A stretch of 64,000 nt of DNA from an uncultured Oscillospiraceae bacterium (GCA_949282975.1 CASDQY010000058.1:5699-69698); one strand, 5' to 3'; counted from the first letter of the stretch, positions 20,085 through 28,686 are shown. Notes: generated from the sequence alone by a model not told the origin. Translations and numbers: made by a program.

Positions 20085-20742
20085 AAATCATCAACCCGCT
20101 CAACCTGCGCCGGTCACCTCACAGCCCGGTCCCAAGAAAAAGAAGGTCCCCTCCACCAATCAATTCTTCGCCAAAAACACCTGGAACATCTTTGTATATC
20201 TGCTCATCGGCGAATTCATGGCTTTGGTCATTGACATTGCTTTTCTGTTGGTGAATATTTTGGCGGTTCAAATCATCGTCACCATCGTCAACATTTTTGC
20301 CTACTGCGCCATGATTTCCTCTGCTGCTTGGCATTACGGCAATAAGGATCTCAACCGTTATCAATTCGGTCATACCGAAAAGAATCTCAAGCGGGGCTTC
20401 TGGGCCGGCTTGATTGTGAGCATCTATCCCCTGTTCTTCTGCGTGGGATTGATTTTGGCAAACCAGGGGTACATGCCTTACTTTGATGCGGTATATAAAA
20501 TAGGCAACGGCGTTTTCTATCACTATTATAACTGGATCGCCAACGGCCTGGTGCCGGTACAGCTGAGCTGGTGGCAGCTTCTGGTGATCATCCTGCCCAA
20601 TCTGATTACACCCCTCTGCACTACATTGGGATATTACTGCGGCTTCAAGGACATCGACGTTGTGAATCGGTTCCTTTACCGCCGCAACAAACAACCGCAG
20701 CCGGAAAACCCCGAAAAGAAGGACCGTGCCGGATTTTTATAA
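20077..20742 (+). CDS. Hypothetical integral membrane protein
   Basis: ATG overlaps the preceding stop. Pro/Lys-rich N-terminus followed by ~5 predicted TM segments. No recognisable family. Confidence 0.55.
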   Translation: MNENHQPAQPAPVTSQPGPKKKKVPSTNQFFAKNTWNIFVYLLIGEFMALVIDIAFLLVNILAVQIIVTIVNIFAYCAMISSAAWHYGNKDLNRYQFGHTEKNLKRGFWAGLIVSIYPLFFCVGLILANQGYMPYFDAVYKIGNGVFYHYYNWIANGLVPVQLSWWQLLVIILPNLITPLCTTLGYYCGFKDIDVVNRFLYRRNKQPQPENPEKKDRAGFL

Positions 20743-20816
20743 TACCGGCCATTGGTTCCCATTTCTGAAAATACCCAAAGGAAGCGCCGCCGGGATATCC
20801 CGGCGGCGCTGTGATT

Positions 20817-21374
20817 TTATGTAGTTTGATTTTCCGGGGCGCTCCAAATAGGAGCAAAACAGGGCGCAATCTCGCCAATGGCTTTTACCACCTGCTCAAA
20901 ACCAAATTCCTTGTGGTTTTCCAGGTAAGCGTAATACCCGCCCTGAATGCTGTAGGAAAGGTAAACGTGAAATTTTACGTCGTCTTTGGCCTGAGGAAAC
21001 CGCTGATGGAGAAAAGATTTTAACTGTTGCTCGATCTTAATAGGCAGCACGGCGGTTTGGCTGCCGGAAAACAGTAAATCTATTTCCTTTTGGTGCCGGT
21101 GAAACGAGGAAAACAGTGTGGCGGTAAGTTGGGAGGGGTGCAGCAAAATTTCGTCGGTATGGGGAATTTCCTGCAGGATCTCTTGGAGGACTTTGGTTTG
21201 CAGCTGGTCGGCCAGCTGATAAATATCCCGATAGTGCAGGTAGAATGTCCCCTTGTTGATTTCCGCCTGCCGTGCCAGCTCTGTTACCGTGATCTGCTCC
21301 AACGGTTTTTGCTCCAAAAGGCGGAGAAAGGCGCTGCGTATACTGCGCTTGGTTTTCACGATTCGCAAATCCAT
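20817..21374 (-). CDS. TetR/AcrR family transcriptional regulator
   Basis: N-terminal HTH KTKRSIRSAFLRLLEQKPLEQITVTELARQAEINKGTFYLHYRDIY. Confidence 0.9.
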   Translation of the reverse strand: MDLRIVKTKRSIRSAFLRLLEQKPLEQITVTELARQAEINKGTFYLHYRDIYQLADQLQTKVLQEILQEIPHTDEILLHPSQLTATLFSSFHRHQKEIDLLFSGSQTAVLPIKIEQQLKSFLHQRFPQAKDDVKFHVYLSYSIQGGYYAYLENHKEFGFEQVVKAIGEIAPCFAPIWSAPENQTT

Positions 21375-21476
21375 CCGGGCCGCCTCCTTTTTCCTGAGTT
21401 TTTCTCCATTATAGTAGAATAAACGACTATAGTCAAGTAATAAAAAGCAGCGGAAAAAATTCCCGCTGCTTCTCTG

Positions 21477-21875
21477 TTAGTCAAAATTAGGATTAAAGGC
21501 GTAGATGTTTTTCTGGTTGAGCTGGCTCTGAACCCGGTTGAGGCACTCTCCAAACCGTTGATAGTGAACGATTTCCCGCTCCCGCAAAAACTTGATCACA
21601 TCCCGCACATCCGGGTCGTCGGTCAGGCGGAGAATATTGTCATAGGTGAGCCGGGCTTTCTGTTCCGCCGCCAAATCTTCCGTCAGATCGGCGATGGCAT
21701 CGCCGGAAACTGAAAGGGTTTCGGCGGAAAAAGGCGTGCCGGAAGCCGCCTGCGGATAGATGCCGGTGGTGTGATCGACAAAGTAGGCGTCGAATCCGCT
21801 GTCACGAATCTGTTTGGGGGTCAGGTTCCGGGTGAGTTGGTAAAGAACGGCGCTGACCATCTCCATATGGCTGAG
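21477..21875 (-). pseudogene. cotJC: cotJC 3' portion (C-terminal 132 codons) separated from its 5' portion by the prophage
   Basis: LSHMEMVSAVLYQLT...ADLTEDLAAEQKARLTYDNILRLTDDPDVRDVIKFLREREIVHYQRF is colinear with the C-terminal two-thirds of CotJC/Mn-catalase-like proteins. The 13 codons upstream of LSHM derive from the phage arm. Confidence 0.85.
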
Positions 21876-21903
21876 TTCGTGCACACCGAAAAAGTATCCA
21901 TCA
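21860..21903. other. attL (host cotJC half-site + phage arm)
   Basis: The shared core is TC at 21877-21878. The phage arm CCGAAAAAGTATCCATCA (21886-21903) is the perfect inverted copy of 61401-61418. Confidence 0.7.
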
Positions 21904-21946
21904 AAAACCGCCAATCAAAGCGCCGACTGCATTTGCCAGCCGGCTT

Positions 21947-23551
21947 TTATTTTCGAGGGATTTTCGGATACAGGGTGATCTCAAAGCTATCGGGCTTGCC
22001 GCCGTTTTTCAGCCCCTTTTCTTTGACGTACACTACCTTTTCCAGTACGTCCTTTAGCAGATCGTTTTTTTCTTGTGGGGAGGAAAGGCCATCATATACT
22101 TCAAGCAACCGCTCCACTTTAGGGATGATGGTGTGAAAACTTTTTTCTCGTTCCTGTTCGCTTTCCAGTTCCGCTTCACGCTGCCGCAAGGCTTCCTCCG
22201 CATTTGCGATGCGCTCAGATAGGATTTTGGAGCGCTCGAAAAAGGTATCTTTGTCATAGACACCCTGCTCCAAAAAATCATAGGCATTGCTTGCCTGCTT
22301 TTTTAAGGTGTCTATATCCTTTTGTGCTTTTTCGATGGAATTTTCCAAAAAAGGAATCTGGGAGGGGAGGGAATGGCTATCTTTCCCCCAGTGCAGCTTG
22401 TACCCTTCCAGCCAATCGCTCAAAGCTGATATAACCCGCCGCTCCACCAAAGGAAGGCTGGAGCTGACGTTGTGGCAATCAGGGTTGGGGCAGCAAAGAT
22501 ACTCAAATCCGTTCTTCTGTGGCTTTCTGGCTATTTTTTTACCGCACATTCCGCAGATCAAAATGCCGGACAAAGGATTGTTGATAGCATACGGATCACC
22601 GGGCCTTGGGTGTGTGTTTTGCTTGTAAAGCTCCTGTACACGGTCCCAGGTTTCTTCTGACACCAAAGCCGGATGCAGCCCGTCGCATATCTCATACTCA
22701 CCCGGCTTTGAGCGTGGCTGATGGACCACGACTTCCCCGTTCTTCATATGCTTCACACATTTTCGCCACGCCCATCGGATTTTACCCACATAGATCGGAT
22801 TTGCAAGTATATCTCGGATTGACGGGTAAGTCCACTTCCCGCCAGTCTTTGTCTTTACACCCAAGCCGTTCAAGCGCCTTACGATTTCGCAGATCCCGAT
22901 ACGGTGGAATGCCCCAGCGCCGTCCGCCTCTCCATTTGCGTACCAGTCAAAAATCTGGCGGATCACAGCGGCCTCTTCTTCCACGGGCTCCAGAGTGTAT
23001 CCCTTATCACCCTTGATTCGAACCCGGCGGTACCCGTATGGGTCACGGCTTCCAACATACTTGCCCTCATGCACCGATGCAAGCCGTCCACGCTGCAAGC
23101 GGCGGTTGATCGTCTTATACTCACGACGGGACATAAAAAGTCCAAACTCAAAGTATTCCTCGTCGTACTCATTGTTGGGGTCATAAGTTTTCACGGGGGT
23201 GATGATTCTGGTGTCGGAAAACTTAAAAGTCTGAGCCACAATGCCCTGGTCTATCGTATCGCCCCGGGCAAGACGCTCCACTTCCATCACAAGCACACCA
23301 GCCCAAACGCCCTGCTCCACTGCCTGGAGCAGCTTTTGCATTTCCGGCCTTGCGGCGATGGATTCACCGGATACGATCTCTCGATAGATGTGAGTGACGT
23401 TCAAGCTCATCCGCTTGGCCAGCTCCATAAGCGCCTTTTCGTGGCGGGCAAGGGTTTCTCCTTCGCCCCTGGCTTCTGCCTCTGCATCGGCACGGGATTT
23501 TCGCAGGTATAGGCAGTACTGGGCGGATGGATGATAAGATTTGTTTTGCAC
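21947..23551 (-). CDS. Large serine recombinase (phage integrase)
   Basis: N-terminal resolvase domain YCLYLRKSRADAEAE...VLVMEVERLARGD (catalytic Ser in RKSR), recombinase domain, Cys-rich zinc ribbon (CGMCGKK...CCPNPDCHN) and coiled coil. 534 aa. The 3' end lies 69 nt from attL. Confidence 0.9.
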   Translation of the reverse strand: MQNKSYHPSAQYCLYLRKSRADAEAEARGEGETLARHEKALMELAKRMSLNVTHIYREIVSGESIAARPEMQKLLQAVEQGVWAGVLVMEVERLARGDTIDQGIVAQTFKFSDTRIITPVKTYDPNNEYDEEYFEFGLFMSRREYKTINRRLQRGRLASVHEGKYVGSRDPYGYRRVRIKGDKGYTLEPVEEEAAVIRQIFDWYANGEADGAGAFHRIGICEIVRRLNGLGVKTKTGGKWTYPSIRDILANPIYVGKIRWAWRKCVKHMKNGEVVVHQPRSKPGEYEICDGLHPALVSEETWDRVQELYKQNTHPRPGDPYAINNPLSGILICGMCGKKIARKPQKNGFEYLCCPNPDCHNVSSSLPLVERRVISALSDWLEGYKLHWGKDSHSLPSQIPFLENSIEKAQKDIDTLKKQASNAYDFLEQGVYDKDTFFERSKILSERIANAEEALRQREAELESEQEREKSFHTIIPKVERLLEVYDGLSSPQEKNDLLKDVLEKVVYVKEKGLKNGGKPDSFEITLYPKIPRK

Positions 23552-23601
23552 AGTATAGAGCTCCTTTCAAAATACCCCGGCGCTAGGCCGGGGTGGATCG
23601 T

Positions 23602-24984
23602 TTATTGCGGCGTGAGATTAAAGGTGGCTTCGTGCCGAGTAGAGTAGCTATCATACTCTTCCACGGTCAGCGTAAACGGGCCGGGATTGTCCACGGCGAT
23701 ACACGCCTGAGCATTGCAAGTGGCGCCAACGGGTGTTTCATCGGGATATCTGTCCGTAGGAAGCGGATACGAGTACCCGACCACTCCGGCGGAATCCACG
23801 ATGGTTTCCATATCAAGGTTTATATACAAATCCATGATACTTCCCTCGTAACCGAGATTTGTATAAGTGTAGTCGATGATATAAACTGCGCCGGGGGTCT
23901 TATCGGAAAACTGGTTGCGGTCTGAAGTTTCACTCACGCCCGTAATGGTCAGGCTCCATTGGCCATCTACCGTCCAAGTGTCGCCGATACCATACGTAGT
24001 GGGTTCGGGCGTTTCGTAGGGATTTTCGCTGGTGGCCAAAGCAGTACAAGCGCCATTATCAAATAGGGCGATTACGTAGTTCCTGTCCTGGTCTACCCAC
24101 CCAACCGAAACGAGGCCATAGATATACCCTTCGCTCGTAGGAGAGTAGTCCATACCAAAATCGCCGTCCAGAGCATCCACAAACTCGGTGTAGGACATGC
24201 CCTCCTGAAGCGCCGAAATCTCAATCCGACTGAATGTACCACTGTGCGTAGGCTCCATGTTGTCGATGGCGGTTTGATCAAAAGGATCAGCGTTTTGCAG
24301 AATGTAGTCGGTGATATCCATATCACCATCCCCGTCCATGTCGGTGGTGGCTATACCGTCCGCAGTGATAGTATACGGCTCAAACCCCAGCGCATACACC
24401 GTCACGCCGATAGCTGCCGACAGAAAAACGCAGACGAAAACAAGCTGCACAATCCCCCTACTTTTCCCGATGGGTTTTGCCAGCGCACAGAAAATGCCAG
24501 AAAGAACGCCCATGATAAAAACGACGACGCCGCCGATCAGGGCGATCATATCCAGAACAAATAGCAAGGTCATCAGCCAATCCGGGCGGGAATCCAAAGG
24601 AGAAAAAAGGATCACAATCCCAAAAAGGAAGTACCAAACCGCTGCTGCAGCGATGCCAAAAAAAGAAAGGGAGGAAGCAATGCGGCTTTTGCCGATAGCA
24701 GAAAGGCCGAAGAAAGAGGCGACCATTGGTAAAAGAGTGGCGATGATGAGAGTAACTACGTGGTTGTTTGCGGTTAAAGCGTATAAAGTGGCGGTGGCTA
24801 CCGCTCCGATCAGATTCAGCAGGGCGGTGATTGCCCCAAGCACCCGGGCGGTTTTGATGCGACGCCGCCGGCGATCCATATCGATGGCATTCTGCATCTC
24901 CTGCTGGGGAGAAATCGGCTGAACGGGCTGCACCGGTGGCGGAGCCATTGCGATAGGTGGGGTTTGAGGTTGATTTTGTTCCAT
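23602..24984 (-). CDS. Prophage membrane protein with Pro-rich N-terminus, ~6 TM segments and a DUF4352-like extracellular beta domain
   Basis: TM-rich central region. The C-terminal segment GDTWTVDGQWSLTITGVSETSDRNQF...YIIDYTYTN resembles DUF4352 (Ig-like) domains. Confidence 0.55.
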   Translation of the reverse strand: MEQNQPQTPPIAMAPPPVQPVQPISPQQEMQNAIDMDRRRRRIKTARVLGAITALLNLIGAVATATLYALTANNHVVTLIIATLLPMVASFFGLSAIGKSRIASSLSFFGIAAAAVWYFLFGIVILFSPLDSRPDWLMTLLFVLDMIALIGGVVVFIMGVLSGIFCALAKPIGKSRGIVQLVFVCVFLSAAIGVTVYALGFEPYTITADGIATTDMDGDGDMDITDYILQNADPFDQTAIDNMEPTHSGTFSRIEISALQEGMSYTEFVDALDGDFGMDYSPTSEGYIYGLVSVGWVDQDRNYVIALFDNGACTALATSENPYETPEPTTYGIGDTWTVDGQWSLTITGVSETSDRNQFSDKTPGAVYIIDYTYTNLGYEGSIMDLYINLDMETIVDSAGVVGYSYPLPTDRYPDETPVGATCNAQACIAVDNPGPFTLTVEEYDSYSTRHEATFNLTPQ

Positions 24985-25041
24985 GGTTTATTCTCCTTCT
25001 AGCTTGTTGGACATTTCATAATTTTTTGCTGATATAAAAAT

Positions 25042-25185
25042 TTATGAATTCATAAGCGTTTCATTTATATCATTCCAAGTGTCTATCAAAGAATCGTAAG
25101 CGCTGGTATCTTGTTTGGAAGCACATCCGGCGAAAGAAAGCAGCACACAAGCTGACAAAACGAAAATCAAAATTCTTTTTTTCAC
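25042..25185 (-). CDS. Small lipoprotein (47 aa)
   Basis: GTG start. VKKRILIFVLSACVLLSFAGCASKQ... has a signal peptide plus lipobox LSFAGC. Too short for the supplied ORF track. Confidence 0.5.
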   Translation of the reverse strand: MKKRILIFVLSACVLLSFAGCASKQDTSAYDSLIDTWNDINETLMNS

Positions 25186-25223
25186 TTGTATTCCCCTTTA
25201 CATTTTATATGAAAGTGCATGTT

Positions 25224-26198
25224 TTAATATCCGTTAGCCTGAGCGCCATACACGGCCTGTTCGTGGGTGAATCCTTCGTATTCCAATTGGCTGATGAGTT
25301 CGTCTCGAGAAAAAGCCATCAATTCAAGATAGCTTGCGGCGGATTTAGCGGCTTGCTCATTCCAGTTTGCACCGCAGTGATCCGCTCCGTATGTAGCTTG
25401 TGCGGTGGTAAATCCTTCATACTCTAACTGATCAACCAATCCGGTATAAGAAAAAGCCATGATACTGAGATAGTTTTGTGCCGATCTCAATGCCTGCGCA
25501 TTCCAGTCCGCCCCGCAGTGATCGGCGGCGTAAGTTGCCTCAGCGTTAGAGTATCCTTCATACTCTAACTGATCAACCAATCCGGTATAAGAAAAAGCCA
25601 TAATCGAAAGATAGCTTTGAGCAGATTCCAAGGCGTTTCGCTGTCCTGTAGAAATACCGGGCGTTGGTTCCGGTGTGGCAGGCGTTTGGGGGGCTGATGC
25701 CGGTGCAGAGGGGGTAGTGGTTTGGGGTGCTGGAGAAGGTGTTGAAGCCGTAGTTTGCTGTGTCGATGTAGTAGACCCGGAATTGAGTGATTGAGAATTA
25801 GACGAAGAATTCGATATAGCAGATTCCGTTTCATCTTGGGCCGTCCCAGAACTGCTGGTTCTGGAAATAACACGAGAATAGGAGCGACCGCTGTCACGTG
25901 TAGTAGCATTACACGCCACAATAACAACGATCAAAATTACAATCAAACATGCCGCAAGAAGTATCCAGGGCCATTTTTTGCGGGGTGGTTTTGGTTTGTT
26001 GGTATTATATTTCTCTGTGGGAGTTTGGCACACAGGGCAATTTTTCAGATTGGTTCTTTTCCCGCATTTTGGACAAATATTGTCATCGGAAACCGTTTTT
26101 TGAATACTTGCTTTATAAAGAAGCTGCCGGTTTATTTCAGTGTGACACACTGGACAGGTATTCGATAGGCACTCATGACCGCAATTTGGGCATTTCAT
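25224..26198 (-). CDS. Ltp-family (superinfection-exclusion type) protein: two zinc ribbons, TM anchor, Ser/Thr-rich linker, three Ltp repeats
   Basis: MKCPNCGHE..CPVCH and CPKCGK..CPVCQ, then a TM segment, then three ~47-aa repeats (A..SAQ.YLS.MAFS..GLVDQLEYEGF...A.Y.ADHCGA.WN.QA). Repeats 1 and 2 are also near-identical at the DNA level. Confidence 0.75.
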   Translation of the reverse strand: MKCPNCGHECLSNTCPVCHTEINRQLLYKASIQKTVSDDNICPKCGKRTNLKNCPVCQTPTEKYNTNKPKPPRKKWPWILLAACLIVILIVVIVACNATTRDSGRSYSRVISRTSSSGTAQDETESAISNSSSNSQSLNSGSTTSTQQTTASTPSPAPQTTTPSAPASAPQTPATPEPTPGISTGQRNALESAQSYLSIMAFSYTGLVDQLEYEGYSNAEATYAADHCGADWNAQALRSAQNYLSIMAFSYTGLVDQLEYEGFTTAQATYGADHCGANWNEQAAKSAASYLELMAFSRDELISQLEYEGFTHEQAVYGAQANGY

Positions 26199-26410
26199 TA
26201 TATCAGAACCTTTCAAAAAAGAGTTGTGACACAAGAATACCACATTTATCGTCATTTACCTATCGACATTTTCAACAAAAATTTCACAAAATTTTCTACA
26301 TTTAAAACAGTCCTATTTTTAGACCAGTTTTTATTTTCTGAAAATTTCTCCTTGACAAAAAAGAACATCTGTTCTACCATAGAGATCAAGAAGTCGGAAA
26401 GGGTGGTAAG

Positions 26411-26524
26411 ATGACGATAAAAGAGCAACTGATCGAAGAAATCGAAATCCTTTTGCAGCGCTTGACCGAAGAGGAACTGGAAATGGTGTATCAGATGGTG
26501 AAGCAATGGAGCGATAGGAAATGA
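26411..26524 (+). CDS. Small hypothetical protein (37 aa)
   Basis: ATG follows GGAAAGGGTGG. MTIKEQLIEEIEILLQRLTEEELEMVYQMVKQWSDRK. A TTGACA-like promoter lies ~55 nt upstream, and a hairpin shared with the convergent repressor gene lies downstream. Confidence 0.4.
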   Translation: MTIKEQLIEEIEILLQRLTEEELEMVYQMVKQWSDRK

Positions 26525-26537
26525 AAAGGGCTGGCCT

Positions 26538-26951
26538 TTAAGGGTCAGCCTTTTCTTTTTGTTCCTTCTTTTCTTTTAGCTGCGCCCATTTTGTGAGCAC
26601 CGTTTCGCTGAGGTCTGCAAGCTGATGAAGCTGTTCTTTGTCCAGGCTGGCCAGTGCCAGGCAAAAACTGCGGATAAAGTCGTCATCATCCATCTTTAAA
26701 ATGTCGGAAAAGAAGGAAACAAGCTGTTCGCTTCGGCTTTTAGGTAAGTACATTTCTCCTTCGCCAGTGCGGAGCCATACTTCGCTGACGCCAAACTCAC
26801 GGCAAATCGAAAAAATAATGGCATCAGACGGAGAACGAAGCCCGAGTTCGTAGTTCCCGACGGTATTGCCCTTAACGCCGATCTTTGCTCCAAAATCCGA
26901 CTGATTGAGCTTGACGGATTTTCGTACTTCCTTAATGCGATCTTTGAGCAC
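26538..26951 (-). CDS. XRE-family (cI-like) phage repressor
   Basis: GTG start follows GGAGGTG. HTH LNQSDFGAKIGVKGNTVGNYELGLRSPSDAIIFSICREFGVS. Divergent from the early operon. Confidence 0.85.
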   Translation of the reverse strand: MLKDRIKEVRKSVKLNQSDFGAKIGVKGNTVGNYELGLRSPSDAIIFSICREFGVSEVWLRTGEGEMYLPKSRSEQLVSFFSDILKMDDDDFIRSFCLALASLDKEQLHQLADLSETVLTKWAQLKEKKEQKEKADP

Positions 26952-26989
26952 CTGGTTTCACCTCCGTTCTGAGTACTATTATATAGCAA

Positions 26990-27055
26990 AAATCCCACGT
27001 TGTCAATATTTTTTCAAAAAAACGCTTGACAAATCCCACGTTGTAGTGGTATACT
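26990..27055. promoter_or_regulatory. Divergent lysogeny-switch promoters with two direct-repeat operators
   Basis: AAATCCCACGTTGT occurs at 26990-27003 and 27031-27044. Rightward promoter: TTGACA (27026-27031), 18 nt, TATACT (27050-27055). Leftward promoter: TTGACA (27006-27001), 17 nt, TATAAT. Confidence 0.65.
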
Positions 27056-27085
27056 AATCACATAGTCAAGAAAGGAGGTGCCACC

Positions 27086-27265
27086 ATGACCGATATCAAG
27101 TTGATAGCAGAGAAACTTTCCGGCTTTACCCCGGAAGAGCAGGAGGACATCATCAAGATTGGGACTGCGATTCAGCAGCTTCCGCCGGCGCAGCGTGAGT
27201 TTATCCGTGGCGGTGCCGTGGCCCTGTCCATGGTATCCAACCGGGAAGAAAAGAAAGGAGCCTGA
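27086..27265 (+). CDS. First early-operon protein (59 aa), hypothetical
   Basis: ATG follows AAAGGAGGTG. MTDIKLIAEKLSGFTPEEQEDIIKIGTAIQQLPPAQREFIRGG... It occupies the Cro position, but no clear HTH was recognised. Confidence 0.5.
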   Translation: MTDIKLIAEKLSGFTPEEQEDIIKIGTAIQQLPPAQREFIRGGAVALSMVSNREEKKGA

Positions 27266-27270
27266 TCGCC

Positions 27271-27408
27271 ATGAAAAAGGAAAAGGAGCCGAAAGAACCA
27301 AAGCGGGACATCACCGACGGCCCGCAGCTTTGGGCGTGGTTTATCCCGTGGGGGCTGTTACTGGGGGCAATTGTGATTTCTTTAGTCAAAATTTTTATTT
27401 TACGATAG
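27271..27408 (+). CDS. Small membrane protein (45 aa)
   Basis: ATG follows AAAGGAG. Charged N-terminus, then one TM segment (LWAWFIPWGLLLGAIVISLVKIFIL). Confidence 0.4.
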   Translation: MKKEKEPKEPKRDITDGPQLWAWFIPWGLLLGAIVISLVKIFILR

Positions 27409-27691
27409 AAATCAACAAGGCAAGGATGGCGATTCCGGTTGTGATCCAATAAGGGATCCATTTTTCGATGAAGCGGCCTTTTCGGTAAATCAAAAAGTCG
27501 CTTCCGGATTCAGTGATCACTGCTTTGCCAGTGCGTTTACCTAACCCGCCTTTCACCGGGATGAAGTACTCTTTCACAAAGCCAAAGCGAAGCAGACGTG
27601 GGACGGCTTCCATGGGGATTGGTTCTTGCCTGGATTTTTTAAGAAGACGTGTTTCGGAAGGGGTCAGTTTGATCTGATTGAAGTCAACCAT
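27395..27691 (-). CDS. Hypothetical protein with C-terminal TM anchor, opposite strand to the early operon (moron-like)
   Basis: Has its own AAAGGAGG RBS and an upstream TTGACA-17 nt-TAGGAT promoter (minus strand, 27700-27745). Confidence 0.55.
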   Translation of the reverse strand: MVDFNQIKLTPSETRLLKKSRQEPIPMEAVPRLLRFGFVKEYFIPVKGGLGKRTGKAVITESGSDFLIYRKGRFIEKWIPYWITTGIAILALLISIVK

Positions 27692-27759
27692 AAACGAATC
27701 CTCCTTTTGGATACTATCCTATCGTGGATTTGCTTTGATGTCAAGAAAGGAGCCCGATC

Positions 27760-28008
27760 ATGGTCAAACTCACAAAGAAAACCGCCGAAACCCTGATCCG
27801 CCGCTACTTCCGGGGGGCGGTGGTCGTAGGGGAACACGGAAACGGCGGTGCCCGGACTTACCGGGCGAAAATGGGTGATCTGTCGGCAGTCTGCGCAAAC
27901 GACTGGATCACCGGCAACGGAAAAATTATCTTGATCATTTCTGACAGCCGGGGAAACGGCACGATCAAGATGTATTTTGACCCAAAAACCTTAAAGCGTG
28001 TGCTTTAG
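27760..28008 (+). CDS. Hypothetical protein, paralog A
   Basis: MVKLTKKTAETLIRRYF...NDW...DPKTL. RBS AAAGGAG. Confidence 0.55.
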   Translation: MVKLTKKTAETLIRRYFRGAVVVGEHGNGGARTYRAKMGDLSAVCANDWITGNGKIILIISDSRGNGTIKMYFDPKTLKRVL

Positions 28009-28029
28009 GGGGAAAAGGAGGTGTGGAAG

Positions 28030-28275
28030 ATGGTAAAGCTCACAAAAACAATGGCGACGATCATCGCCGCAAGATACTTCCCCCGCTGCAAGCTGGAACG
28101 CCTAAAAGGATATACAGGCCAGATTGTTTTCGGGGCCTCAACTGGATATTTGACTCTGGAAATTGAAAATGACTGGCGCATGGAGGACGGATATATCCGG
28201 GTTTGGCTCAGAAACGCAAGGGGCGAAGGGAACATCATGATCAAAATAGACCCGAAAACCATGGAACCGGTGTAG
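28030..28275 (+). CDS. Hypothetical protein, paralog B (tandem duplicate of 27760-28008)
   Basis: MVKLTKTMATIIAARYF...NDW...DPKTM shares start, spacing and end motifs with the preceding ORF. ATG lies 8 nt after AAGGAGGTG. Confidence 0.55.
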   Translation: MVKLTKTMATIIAARYFPRCKLERLKGYTGQIVFGASTGYLTLEIENDWRMEDGYIRVWLRNARGEGNIMIKIDPKTMEPV

Positions 28276-28323
28276 GGGACAACCCACCCCGCATAAAATC
28301 GGGAAAGGAAGGAGGAAAGAAAA

Positions 28324-28512
28324 ATGCCGCAAGAGGAACAACCCCAAATCGCCGAGGAATTTATGATCGGCAATACAAAAGTGAAAATCGCCACAAATCA
28401 CTGCGTGGCGCCGGATGAGGTGCAGCCAATCTTGGACCGGATTGCGCAAAGGGCTCTGGCGGCTTTTTCTGCGCAAAGTTATCGGGAGCAAAACGAAAAG
28501 GCCGGGGCGTAA
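28324..28512 (+). CDS. Hypothetical protein (62 aa)
   Basis: ATG follows GGAAGGAGGA. No family recognised. Confidence 0.5.
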   Translation: MPQEEQPQIAEEFMIGNTKVKIATNHCVAPDEVQPILDRIAQRALAAFSAQSYREQNEKAGA

Positions 28513-28551
28513 GGCCCCGGCGGAATTGTCATCTGCTAAGGAGGTAAAAAG

Positions 28552-28686
28552 ATGGTATCTGCGTGGATTTGTGGATTTTTGTGCCTTTGCGCCGCCGTGT
28601 TCGGCCTGGCGCTGGGTATGACGGTCACCTGTCTGATGGTGACCACAAAAGAAGATCGAAAGGAAGAAAAATCAGATGGAGAATGA
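28552..28686 (+). CDS. Small membrane protein (44 aa)
   Basis: ATG follows TAAGGAGGT. MVSAWICGFLCLCAAVFGLALGMTVTCLMV followed by a charged tail. Confidence 0.45.
   Translation: MVSAWICGFLCLCAAVFGLALGMTVTCLMVTTKEDRKEEKSDGE

Noticed and set aside
26252-26506. 84-aa minus-strand ORF upstream of the Ltp-like gene
   Set aside because: It overlaps the promoter region and the better-supported plus-strand 37-aa ORF. It has no RBS and a Phe/Leu-rich translation typical of AT-rich intergenic DNA.
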